A DNA stretch of 63,238 nucleotides, the filler included, from Chthonomonadaceae bacterium (lineage in GTDB: Bacteria; Armatimonadota; Chthonomonadetes; Chthonomonadales; Chthonomonadaceae), in the NCBI GenBank assembly GCA_035650735.1. It is 3 parts of 3 records of this genome, joined end to end, with 100 filler letters (N's around TTAATTAATTAA, not from the genome) between each part and the next. Parts side by side here need not be neighbours in the genome. Positions count along the whole stretch, not along the records: positions 31,595 to 59,549 come from DASRGZ010000128.1; 2 more parts are not named here. One strand, given 5' to 3'. The first letter of the stretch is position 1. Each line of letters opens with the position of its first letter. The notes under the pieces were generated by a model that saw nothing but the letters and a program-made list of their open reading frames with translations, did not search any database and had not been told where the DNA came from. Below, piece after piece: positions 49,390 through 58,461 of the stretch. Made by a program: the position numbers and the translations under genes.

Positions 49390-52300
49390 TCAGTACTGCG
49401 GCTGATGGCCTAGCGCCTCTCCCTGCTTGACATGCGCGCCGTTGAGCCATTGCAGGATAGCCTGATAGGCCGGGTGATCCTTACTGGCCCAGCGCACCCC
49501 GCCGACGTGCGACACGCCGGTTTCCGGCGAGACAACGCCCGGCGACCTCGGCTTGCGCAGCAGCAGGCTGTTCTCCGGGTCGTCCAGGTCCACCACGCGC
49601 AGCGCGGAGAGGTAGTTATGGCGGGAGATGTCCGCCGCGAACTGCCCGCTGCTATCCGGCGGCTGCAGGTTCAGGATGGTGTGATTGGAATGGCAGTTGA
49701 AGCACGACTTGCCGTCCGGCCCCTTCGCGGCGAGCAGCGGCTGCACCTTGACCGCGAAGTACTCGCGGTCGAGCAGCTTCTCCGGATCGCCGTGCCGCCC
49801 GGTCTGCCCCGAAAGGATCGCCGCCGCCAGCGCCTTATGTCCCTCGCTGCCCGCCTGCGCCACCGCCTGCAACGCAACGCGAATGGCTGGATTGGACGCC
49901 TGGGCCTTGCTCTGCTTGAGAAGCTGCAATGCCTGCCCGCGCAGGTCCGTATCCTGAGCGAGCGCGTTGTCGTAGAGCGGGATCAGGCGCGGGTCATCCC
50001 GGATGGCTTCGGCGGAGCGGGCCAGGGCCAGCGCATCGGCCTGGTCTTCGGGCCGCTTGCTCTGCAGGATCACCTCCAGCGCGGGCGCGACCGCCTCCGT
50101 CTGTCCCAATGAATCGACCAGGGCCAGGCGCAGGGCCGCGCTGCGGGCGGCGTTTCCCGCCGGAGCCGTCTTCAAGACCTCCGCCACCGCCGCCTGGAAC
50201 TGGGCGTCGGCGCGCAGGGCGGGCAGGTAACGCGCGATCTCGAAGGCGGCGGCTTTGGCCTGCAAGTCCCCGGTCATTGCCAGATGCCGGGCCTTCTCCA
50301 TGATGGGCACGTTGGTCTCGATCTTAGCGCCGAACTCGGACAGGAAGCGCAGCGCATTCGCCTGCGTCTCCGAACGGGGACTATCCAGCAGGCCCGTCAG
50401 CAGCGGCAGCGTATCGGCGTTGTAGTTGGGATCATTTTCGTCCGTAAAGCGGCGCGGGTCGAGGCCGAATTGGATCTGCTGGGTCGAGAAGGGATAGATG
50501 CGGTGGGCTTGCAGGGCCAGTTGGCGTACATCCCGGTTGCCGTCGTTCAGGCGGGCGGCGATGGCGTTGGCGATCAAAGGCTGCCCGCCGTTGGAGCGCA
50601 GATAGGTCGCCATCACGAGCGCGCGCTGCCGGATGCCGGGCTCTGAGTTTCCCAGCAGCATGAGAATGACGGGACGCAGCGCCTGCGCGCCCGGCCCCCG
50701 AAAATCAATGGCGTCCAGGTCGTTGCCGATGCGATAGAAGTTGCGCTCCACCTGGTCGGCGGGGTTCCAGGCCCGCATGATCGGATACTCGGTCAAGCCC
50801 ATCACGATCTGGCGGGTCTGGAAGGGAGTGGCCCGGCGCAGCACGGCGGCGATCTTTTCGGCCTGCAGCGCCATCACCTTCTCGAATCCGGCGATGGCCG
50901 CCTTGCGGTCGGCCTCCTGCGGCAACAGCGGCGTCCAGAAGTTGTAAAAGTACTGGATGTCTTCGTCGCAGATATTATAGAGCGTCTCCCGGAACGCGCC
51001 GCGCGCATAGGCCGATGCCTTCTCGTCGCCGAGCGCAGCCAGCACGGTATCCAGTATCCGCCCGCGCGCCCTCATATCGTCGTTCCAGTACCACCACATG
51101 GTGAGGGCCTGCGCCGCCTCCATCCGCGCCACCGGATCGGACTCCTGCGCGGCGATGGCGAGCACGCGGTCCAGCAGCGCATCGTAGCGGGTCAGCCAGC
51201 GGAAATGCTGGTTGAAGGCGCGCAGGGCGGCGCGGCGCACGATGGCACGCGGCGATTGCAGCACGGCGGCAAGGGCAGAAAGGGCCGGGCCGTTTGTTCC
51301 CCGGTCGGCGTTGCGGGTGATCACTTCCCGCAACCCCTGCGCGGCGGCTCGGCGCACCATGTTCGTGTCGTCGCCGAGCGCCGCCGCCAACTCCGGCACG
51401 GCGCGCGGGTCGGCAAGCCGGCAGAGAGCGTTCACTGCCTCCAGGCGCACCAGCGGCTCCGGTGAGCGCGTCAAGGTACGCAATTGCCCTAGCAGGGCCG
51501 GCGTGGGCTTATCCCATATGGCGATCAGGTCGGCCAGCGTCTGGTCTGCCCTTCCGGTGCGAATTTGTGTCGGTTGCTGGCCGTTGGTCCAGCCTTTGGC
51601 GCCGGGACCGGGAAACAGCGCCGACAGGCCCATCAGCACCAGCTGCGTCTCCTTGAACGGCGTGTTGAACGCCTCGTAGGGCTGGCCGTCCGTGTTCCAG
51701 GCTCCGAACGGCTTCTGTCGCGCCAGCAGAGCCTCTACCGCCTTGCGAACGTGCGGCTCGGTGTTGGGCACGCCCGCCTTCGCCAAGGCATAGAGGGCTG
51801 CGCCGGTCTGGAACTCGCAGGTGGGCTGGTTCTCGCCATAGTTATAGGGCCACAGGCCATCGGGCCGCTGCGCCGCGAAGATCTTCTCCACGTTGGCGCG
51901 GAGGCGGGCGCTATAGCGGCCCTCACCCCCTCGTGTAGGGTGTAGGGCGTAGGGTGTAGGGAGTAGGGTCGCCCTGCGGCGACTACCCTCAGCCCCTATC
52001 CCCTCTCCCGCAGCGTGGGAGAGGGGATAGGGGGGTGAGGGCCTCTCCATCTCCGCCAGCGCGATGGTCTGAAAGCAGAGGTCGTCCACGTTCTTGATTT
52101 CGGTGCCGACGCTCGCGGGAGCCGTGGCGGCAGCCGTGCGCGGGCCGTCGGCGCTCTCCGGCGTGCGAGCCATCAACGCGCCTACCTTATCCCGCTCAGC
52201 CTTCAGGTCCGGCGCGGCGTGCGGCAGCCGGGACAGCCGATTAAGGTCGCTCCAGACCATCCAGCCGGTCTCGAAGTTGGAGATGCTGGGCGGGTTCTGC

Positions 52301-53724
52301 TCCGTCTCGTCGGGCTGGAAGGCAGGGCGCTGGTAGTAGTGGTGGAGGTAGGCGACAATGGGCTTATAGAAACTCGCGCGGTGCTCGCCCGTGAGGGTCT
52401 CGTAATCCAGGAGCATCTGCGCCATGCGGCTCTGCACCGTCGCCGCCGCGCTGATGACGCGCACCCAGGAGGCCCCAAACGGGCCGTAGAACGGGCGTGG
52501 ATTGTTATACAGGCGCTCTGCGACAAACCGCAGCGACTCCCGTTGCAGGATGGGATAGCCGTTCTGATAGGCCGTCAGCTCGCCGCGCGTGCTGAAGTGG
52601 CTGGGGTGGCAGGCCACGCACAGCGCCGTTTCGGCATGAACCTGTCGGTCGCGCCGGGCGACCGCGCCGGAGCGGGGCGTGTTGGCAAACCAGGAGTCCC
52701 CGGCGGCGATGATGTAGTCCATCGCGGCGCGAATGGCCTTGTGTGGGTCTTTATAGGGCGGCGGGTCGGTCACCAGCGTGCGCAGGCGATAGGCCGGATG
52801 ATTGGCCGCCACCTGGACATAGTAGGTGCCCCTCTTCAGGACGCGGGTTGTGAACTTGTTGGCGCTGTTAAGCTCGACGCCGTTCTGATGTAGTGTCGGG
52901 GCGACCTGGGCCTCATGCGGGCCGGAGACGGGGTCCACGCCCTCCGTGTAGGGTACCAGCTTGCCGTCCTGGACGGTATAGACCAGGATGTTGGCGGGCA
53001 CGTCCCGATCCAGGATTTCTAGGTTAAAGAAGACCAGCTTGGGCTGATCCGAGGGCTGCTCGAACTTGAACCAATCCTCTCCGGCGCGCAGGGCCTCGGC
53101 CTCGTTCTGGCCGGGCGCGATATAGTAGGAGCGGTCGTCCGCCGTGCCGATGACCGTAGCGCCGAGCGGGACGGGCTGCGCCTCCTGCCAGGAGTTGTTC
53201 GGCTCGGCTTCAATAACCACGTCCTTCTGACCGGAAGGCAGGGGCCGCAGCGCGATGGTGAAGACGGCAGAGGGGCCGTTGACCTCTCCCTTGAAGTCGA
53301 GCAGAGTCGGGGCACGCGGGTCGTCGGCGCGGAAGACGAGATAGAAGTCCGGGTCGGCCTGATGCAGCCATTTGGAGGCAACGACGTTGCCGCCGATGCG
53401 CACGCTGACGGTCAGCGCGGCGCGCTGCCGGAGCGCGTTGGGGTCGCGCGCCGCCACGCTGAGGCTGTAGAGCGCGCCGGGCTTGCCCCCAGCCAGGTTG
53501 AACGGCAGGGCCACTTCGCCGGAGGCAATAGCGGCGGTGCGCGTCTCGTTGCCGGGGCGTAATCCCGACCCGAAGGCCGTCGGCGGCAGCGTTCGCCGCG
53601 TGGACTGCGCGGGCACCGCCCCACCGGCTATTCCTACCGGCGCCACGCTGGATACAGCAAAAATGGCGGCCATCCATCCGGCCACCCGTCGCATCACCGG
53701 ATGCACATTACGACGCGACTTCAT
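49390..53724 (-). CDS. Large secreted multidomain protein: two CxxCH heme motifs, prenyltransferase/squalene-cyclase-like repeats, HEAT repeats, C-terminal planctomycete-type cytochrome c domain
   Basis: ATG 53724 with GGAGG RBS; EAEPNN; CVACH; QRPDGLW and QKPFGAW; HEAT repeats; VQPLL..CFNCH..PENSLLLRKP. Confidence 0.8.
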   Translation of the reverse strand: MKSRRNVHPVMRRVAGWMAAIFAVSSVAPVGIAGGAVPAQSTRRTLPPTAFGSGLRPGNETRTAAIASGEVALPFNLAGGKPGALYSLSVAARDPNALRQRAALTVSVRIGGNVVASKWLHQADPDFYLVFRADDPRAPTLLDFKGEVNGPSAVFTIALRPLPSGQKDVVIEAEPNNSWQEAQPVPLGATVIGTADDRSYYIAPGQNEAEALRAGEDWFKFEQPSDQPKLVFFNLEILDRDVPANILVYTVQDGKLVPYTEGVDPVSGPHEAQVAPTLHQNGVELNSANKFTTRVLKRGTYYVQVAANHPAYRLRTLVTDPPPYKDPHKAIRAAMDYIIAAGDSWFANTPRSGAVARRDRQVHAETALCVACHPSHFSTRGELTAYQNGYPILQRESLRFVAERLYNNPRPFYGPFGASWVRVISAAATVQSRMAQMLLDYETLTGEHRASFYKPIVAYLHHYYQRPAFQPDETEQNPPSISNFETGWMVWSDLNRLSRLPHAAPDLKAERDKVGALMARTPESADGPRTAAATAPASVGTEIKNVDDLCFQTIALAEMERPSPPYPLSHAAGEGIGAEGSRRRATLLPTPYALHPTRGGEGRYSARLRANVEKIFAAQRPDGLWPYNYGENQPTCEFQTGAALYALAKAGVPNTEPHVRKAVEALLARQKPFGAWNTDGQPYEAFNTPFKETQLVLMGLSALFPGPGAKGWTNGQQPTQIRTGRADQTLADLIAIWDKPTPALLGQLRTLTRSPEPLVRLEAVNALCRLADPRAVPELAAALGDDTNMVRRAAAQGLREVITRNADRGTNGPALSALAAVLQSPRAIVRRAALRAFNQHFRWLTRYDALLDRVLAIAAQESDPVARMEAAQALTMWWYWNDDMRARGRILDTVLAALGDEKASAYARGAFRETLYNICDEDIQYFYNFWTPLLPQEADRKAAIAGFEKVMALQAEKIAAVLRRATPFQTRQIVMGLTEYPIMRAWNPADQVERNFYRIGNDLDAIDFRGPGAQALRPVILMLLGNSEPGIRQRALVMATYLRSNGGQPLIANAIAARLNDGNRDVRQLALQAHRIYPFSTQQIQFGLDPRRFTDENDPNYNADTLPLLTGLLDSPRSETQANALRFLSEFGAKIETNVPIMEKARHLAMTGDLQAKAAAFEIARYLPALRADAQFQAAVAEVLKTAPAGNAARSAALRLALVDSLGQTEAVAPALEVILQSKRPEDQADALALARSAEAIRDDPRLIPLYDNALAQDTDLRGQALQLLKQSKAQASNPAIRVALQAVAQAGSEGHKALAAAILSGQTGRHGDPEKLLDREYFAVKVQPLLAAKGPDGKSCFNCHSNHTILNLQPPDSSGQFAADISRHNYLSALRVVDLDDPENSLLLRKPRSPGVVSPETGVSHVGGVRWASKDHPAYQAILQWLNGAHVKQGEALGHQPQY
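51918..52043. repeat. 126-bp palindromic element inserted in frame in a CDS
   Basis: 13-bp terminal IR GGCCCTCACCCCC/GGGGGTGAGGGCC; five G(T/C/A)GTAGG heptamers; REP hairpin as at 33190 and 28800. Confidence 0.85.
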
Positions 53725-54055
53725 GGCACGATCCCCCTCCCAACAAACGCCCGCAACCGGGGCCTGTTCGATCAAAGCAACGGAATCTACTGCTCGTTTC
53801 TGTTCGACATGACCTCTGCTATTCCTCCCTTCGCCTCCGCCTTTGATTTTGCCGGCGTCTTCAACACCTGTATTCCTGCTGCGTCTTCTCCAATGTAGAC
53901 CTAACCCCCCCGGCAGGCTAAACCCTGCCGTTGTGGGGCCTGCGGCCCGCTGCCCGCCTACGCGGGCAGAGGTAAACCCTGGCTTCTGCTCTCCCCTCTC
54001 CTTCTCAAGGAGAGGGGAAGGGGGTGAGGTAAAAAAAACACAGGAGGAGAGCACG

Positions 54056-54805
54056 ATGTCTGAGGAGCAAAGCACAATGCCACCGCAGGGGCATATTAGA
54101 CAAATGGGAATGCTGGATCTGCGATTTGCCCAAACGCCGGAGGATCTGAAGGGTATCACGGGTATTGAAAAGGTGGGCATGATTCTGATTCCGGAGCACC
54201 TGAGCACCGCATTAGCAACCATCCCAATGAAAGAGGTCGGTGCCATCGTCCCCATTCCGCAAGGAGACAACGTTCAGGTGCAGAGCGGGCAGATACGCCT
54301 GAGCGGGGAGTCGCTGGCGGCGGGCGATGCCGAGGCGATCCTGGTCGTCGTCGGCCAGCTTTTTATCACCACACCCGTGACCCAGGTAGGGTTCAAGCAG
54401 GTGCGCGTGATCGGGCAGATGTTTGCCATACGCGGCAGCGAAGGCCCGCTCGGCGCGAAACTTCAGATCCAGGGACAGAGCATCTATCTGCCGGCGGACC
54501 CACGCCTTTTCATGGGCGAGGAGCGGCTGGGCCGTCAGTTCCTGGAGCTGCTGCCCAAGCCGACGCCTATCGTCATCATGGGGAAGCTGACCTTTGCGGA
54601 GGACGTTACCGTTGAGCTGCTGCAACAGAAAGTGCCTGAGATCGTGCTGATGGGCCAGATCTGCGCCCCCGAAGCGCTTATCCCCATCCTGCAAGTGCTC
54701 ACAGTGGAGAAGATGGGCGCCATCTCCACCATTGCCGAGTGCGAAGCGGGGGATGAGGAGGGCGAGGAAGAGGCCCAGGATCAGAGCGAAGAAGCCAGCG
54801 CATGA
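54056..54805 (+). CDS. Hypothetical protein, acidic tail, coupled to ECF sigma
   Basis: AGGAGG RBS; ATGA overlap with next gene. Confidence 0.75.
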   Translation: MSEEQSTMPPQGHIRQMGMLDLRFAQTPEDLKGITGIEKVGMILIPEHLSTALATIPMKEVGAIVPIPQGDNVQVQSGQIRLSGESLAAGDAEAILVVVGQLFITTPVTQVGFKQVRVIGQMFAIRGSEGPLGAKLQIQGQSIYLPADPRLFMGEERLGRQFLELLPKPTPIVIMGKLTFAEDVTVELLQQKVPEIVLMGQICAPEALIPILQVLTVEKMGAISTIAECEAGDEEGEEEAQDQSEEASA

Positions 54806-55422
54806 GCCGCGACAGCCGCCACCAGGAGCGAGGCGCCCTCGTCTCGCTCTTTAATACCCTCTACGCAGAGCATCATCGCAGCCTCTACGCCTATCTGCTG
54901 GGCCACACGGCTGACGGCGACACGGCGGCGGATCTGCTGCAGGAAACCTTTGTGCGCGTCTGGCGTCATATCGAGGAGGCAGGACAGATCCCAGAGGCAC
55001 GGCGGCGGTTCTGGCTATTTGCCATCGCGCGCAACATCGTCACGGATCACCATCGCCGTCGCGCCGTGCGTCAGCGCCACGAGGGCGTCCTGCCCGAGCG
55101 AGACATGCCCGCAGAGGCCGACGGCGACCCGGCGCGCACCATAGAGGCTCAGGAGACGGCGGCGGCGGTAGATGCGGCCATCGCGCGCCTGCCCGAAGAC
55201 CTGCGCACGGCGCTGACCCTACATCTGCTCGGCGACATGACCAGCGCGGAGATCGGGGCGGCACTGCAAAGGCCGGCAGGCACCGTGCGCTACCAGATCG
55301 CCCAGGCGCGCAGACGCATCGCCCGTGAGTTGGGCCTGATGGAGAGTTCCGAAGCCCAAGGAAGCGCCATCAAAGCTCCGCTCGGCCCTAAAGGACCGGG
55401 CTGCAGCCGGCAAGCCCCCTGA
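54802..55422 (+). CDS. ECF sigma factor
   Basis: AADLLQETFVRVW, WLFAIARN, LPEDLR, EIGAALQRPAGTVR. Confidence 0.92.
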   Translation: MSRDSRHQERGALVSLFNTLYAEHHRSLYAYLLGHTADGDTAADLLQETFVRVWRHIEEAGQIPEARRRFWLFAIARNIVTDHHRRRAVRQRHEGVLPERDMPAEADGDPARTIEAQETAAAVDAAIARLPEDLRTALTLHLLGDMTSAEIGAALQRPAGTVRYQIAQARRRIARELGLMESSEAQGSAIKAPLGPKGPGCSRQAP

Positions 55423-55587
55423 AGGGGGCTAACCTCGCTTCTTGTAGCCCTAGAAGGGAACTGACCCACCTCTCTTAGCCCGCTTTAGCGGGCTTGCCGG
55501 CTGCAAGGGTCGGCCCTACAACGGACTGCCAGGGTCGGCAGGGTTACGGCCCCTGCCTCCGCCTTGCGACACCCCGCCGCCTGGCGA
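55402..55587. repeat. Inverted REP doublet (55402-55505) joined to a reverse-orientation bracket cluster (55501-55587)
   Basis: TGCAGCCGGCAAGCCC..GGGCTAA / TTAGCCC..GGGCTTGCCGGCTGCA; CTGC(A/C)AGGGTC x2 then CTCCGCCTTGCGA, CGCCTGGCGA. Confidence 0.8.
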
Positions 55588-55655
55588 CACAGCCCACCCG
55601 TTTACGGGTGAGCTGCCAGAAGTTACCATACACACTTTAAGGATACTATCAAGAC

Positions 55656-55982
55656 ATGATGGAAGAGAGAGAGATGAAAGGGTTATCCGGGGAAGCGCAG
55701 CAGGCGCTGGACACGCTGCTCGCTCAGTGGACGCAGCGGCACGCCCTCCCGACGCAGAGGGCGGAACTCATCCGACAGGCGGCGCTCCAGGCTGCCGATG
55801 CGCCGCAGCCGGAACTGACCTATGAATGGTGGAACCACCTCTTTAGCGGCCTGCGGATCGCGCTGGAGCAGTCCACGCGCCTTCCTGCGCCCGACAGCCT
55901 GACATTTTCCGCTGCCTGGTTCACCACGCCGGGGCTTGGCGGCATGAACAAGCCAAAACGCGCCTACGCGCCTGCCCGATAA
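55656..55982 (+). CDS. Hypothetical protein (possible anti-sigma partner)
   Basis: RBS, follows ECF sigma; no recognised motif. Confidence 0.55.
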   Translation: MMEEREMKGLSGEAQQALDTLLAQWTQRHALPTQRAELIRQAALQAADAPQPELTYEWWNHLFSGLRIALEQSTRLPAPDSLTFSAAWFTTPGLGGMNKPKRAYAPAR

Positions 55983-55983
55983 G

Positions 55984-56011
55984 AAAAAGCCGGGCCGTCT
56001 TGCGGCCCGGC
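55984..56011 (-). terminator. Intrinsic terminator
   Basis: AAAAA-GCCGGGCCG-TCTTG-CGGCCCGGC; U-tract on minus strand. Confidence 0.6.
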
Positions 56012-56160
56012 GTGAAGAGAAACCTTTGCCAGAGAGAAAGGCAGCGCATATTAAGCGCATGGAGGCGTGACAAGCACGCAAACGAAAAAAGAAGGAGGCG
56101 CGGCAGCACGGCCACGCGGACAAAACAAGAGAGCGAACGTAGAGAGAAACGACGATCTGC

Positions 56161-56631
56161 TTAGTTGTTAACGGAAGTCGTCTCGCCCTGGCCGGAAGGC
56201 GCCAGCTTCTTGAGGCGGCGCTCCCAACGCTTCTGGATGACGCGCTGTACCTCGCGGCCCATCATGATGATGCGTCCGCTATGGCCGTGCGTGGGCGTTC
56301 CGGTAATGAAGTGATAGATCACCTCGTCATCGGCGACTTCGCGCTGGATGTAGCTGATATTCTCGGAAGCGCGATGGCCCCACCAGCGATAGAACACCGC
56401 GTCAATGTCAAACAGGGTGTTGACCGGCGTGACGATCTCATAGCGGGCCACCAGCTCCGTGTCGGAGGTCAGGAACATGCCCCGTCCCACCATGCCGAAC
56501 TTGCGGCTGACGCGGGTAATATCCTTCTCCAGGATAGAGAGGTCTTCAGCGATCCCGTTCTGGTTGTTGACGCTATTGAGCCAGCGCTCACCGTAGCGTT
56601 GGACAAGCATAGCTTTGATGTCTTCCAGCAT
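56161..56631 (-). CDS. Hypothetical protein
   Basis: 156-aa ORF with GC3-biased codons and globular composition. Confidence 0.7.
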   Translation of the reverse strand: MLEDIKAMLVQRYGERWLNSVNNQNGIAEDLSILEKDITRVSRKFGMVGRGMFLTSDTELVARYEIVTPVNTLFDIDAVFYRWWGHRASENISYIQREVADDEVIYHFITGTPTHGHSGRIIMMGREVQRVIQKRWERRLKKLAPSGQGETTSVNN

Positions 56632-56810
56632 AGTTCTGTAGTCCGGGGTCGGTACGAGCTGCCTTTGGGTAAATCTGTGCAGTCTCCTTAGAATGCTTAC
56701 TCCCGGTTTGCCTCCTTCAGATAGATTTCAAGCTGTATTGCACTCAAGACCGCTTTCAAGCGGCTGGAAATGGGGAACGGGTTGCCCTGCGTTCTCCCTG
56801 TTTTGTCCCG

Positions 56811-57920
56811 TTAAGGAACCCAATCGGCGATAAAGATGTTGGTCTCGTGCGGCGCTTTGCCGTTTCGGTTCGAGGCCCAGACAAAGCGTTTGCCGTCCGG
56901 GCTAAAGTTGGGAAAACCGTCGAACTGGCCGCCATAGGTCAGGCGTTCCAGCCCGGCGCCATCCAGATTAATTTTATAGACCTCAAACTTGCGGCGACCG
57001 GGGTCGTCGCGGTTGGAGGCAAAGACCAGGGCTGTGCCATCCGGCATCCAACTGGGCGCGAAGTTAGCGATATTGGCCGCGCTATCGTTGGTAATGCGTC
57101 GGACGTTCGAGCCGTCCGCATTCATCACATACAGATCCAGCGTTGTCGGTCGAACCAGATGCTGCTTGAGCAGCGCCTTGTAGTCGGCGATCTGCGCTGG
57201 CGTCCGCGGGTGATAGGCCCGGAAGCAGATCTGCTCGCCGTTGGGCGACCACCAGGGACCGCCATCATAGCCCAGGGTATGGGTGAGCTGGCGGGCGTTG
57301 CGGCCATCGCTGTCCATCACCCAGATATCCAGGTCGCCGCCCCGGTCGCTGGTAAAGACAATTTTCTTTCCGTTCGGCGAGACTACTGACTCCGCATTAT
57401 AGCCAGGTTTCTCGCCCGGCTTTAGCGTCCGGGGAAAGAGCGGGCGCAAATCGCTGCCGTCGGGCCGCACGGTATAGATACGGTAGGTTGGATAGACCGG
57501 CCAGACGTATCCTTGCGAGTAGTCCGGCTTGGGCGGGCAGTCGGGACTGTCCTCATGGGTAGAGGAGAAGAGCAGGCGCTTGCCGTCTCGCATCCACCAC
57601 CCGCAGGTGGTTCGTCCCTGGCCGTTGCTGATTCGGCGCAGGCCCGTCCCGTCAATATTGATTACATACTGCTGATCGCAGTCGTGACCGTCGCGCGTGC
57701 TCTGGAAGGTCAGCCGTCTGCCGTCAGGACTAAAATAAGCTTCGGCATTTTGGCCTCCAAATGTTAGCTGGCGGACATTTGCCAGATGGGCCTCACGCGG
57801 CTCATGAAGTGCCGGAAGCTGCCGGAGATGGGGGGCAGCGCCGCGCGCACCCAGGAGTCCTGCCGTTAGGGCCAGCACAGCCAATCCTTGCCCGGAGCGG
57901 TTCCAGGAACAACGCAGCAT
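56811..57920 (-). CDS. TolB-like PD40 beta-propeller protein
   Basis: Signal peptide; QLTFGGQNAEAYFSPDG, GYDGGPWWSPNG, FDGFPNFSPDGK, ETNIFIADW. Confidence 0.9.
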   Translation of the reverse strand: MLRCSWNRSGQGLAVLALTAGLLGARGAAPHLRQLPALHEPREAHLANVRQLTFGGQNAEAYFSPDGRRLTFQSTRDGHDCDQQYVINIDGTGLRRISNGQGRTTCGWWMRDGKRLLFSSTHEDSPDCPPKPDYSQGYVWPVYPTYRIYTVRPDGSDLRPLFPRTLKPGEKPGYNAESVVSPNGKKIVFTSDRGGDLDIWVMDSDGRNARQLTHTLGYDGGPWWSPNGEQICFRAYHPRTPAQIADYKALLKQHLVRPTTLDLYVMNADGSNVRRITNDSAANIANFAPSWMPDGTALVFASNRDDPGRRKFEVYKINLDGAGLERLTYGGQFDGFPNFSPDGKRFVWASNRNGKAPHETNIFIADWVP

Positions 57921-58461
57921 GCATGATCCTCAAAGGTTGAGAAATAAGTCTTCGTGGATGGTCCGCGCAAACGCAACAGGACGCAAAGGCGCGGAAACAA
58001 GGGGCTACAGGGCCACCGGAGAGATTGAGCACTGAGGCGACAAGGCCGCGAACGCCCAGACGGAAAAGAGAAGACAACACTGTCCAAACCGGGGAGCCTG
58101 GCCGATCTTGCAGCCAGATAAGCCTATCGTGGCTATATTGCCGTTAAGATAACACAGAATCGGCAAAAACGCAAGAGGTCTTGCGAATATTTTCACAACC
58201 AGGTAGTGTCCCTCTACAGAGTTGATAAGGTCATCGGCGACGAAGTATCAACTCTCTATGGGTACACTACCCACAACCAGGCGAGCAGCAATCTATGGCA
58301 ATATACTGACAGCCGTGGCATTTTCGGCAAATGCTGGCCGAAGCCCGTTCGCAGCGCGTGCGTTCTCATGCTATACTACATTCTTAGATGAGAAGTACGA
58401 ATGAAGCGGCGCGATTGTTGCAGCGGAATATAAAGAAATTTATACGCCAGGAATTTCTGTT

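Noticed and set aside
53725..54270. N-terminal extension making the large protein 1626 aa
   Set aside because: Runs through REP repeats and overlaps the divergent gene; RBS and signal peptide support ATG 53724
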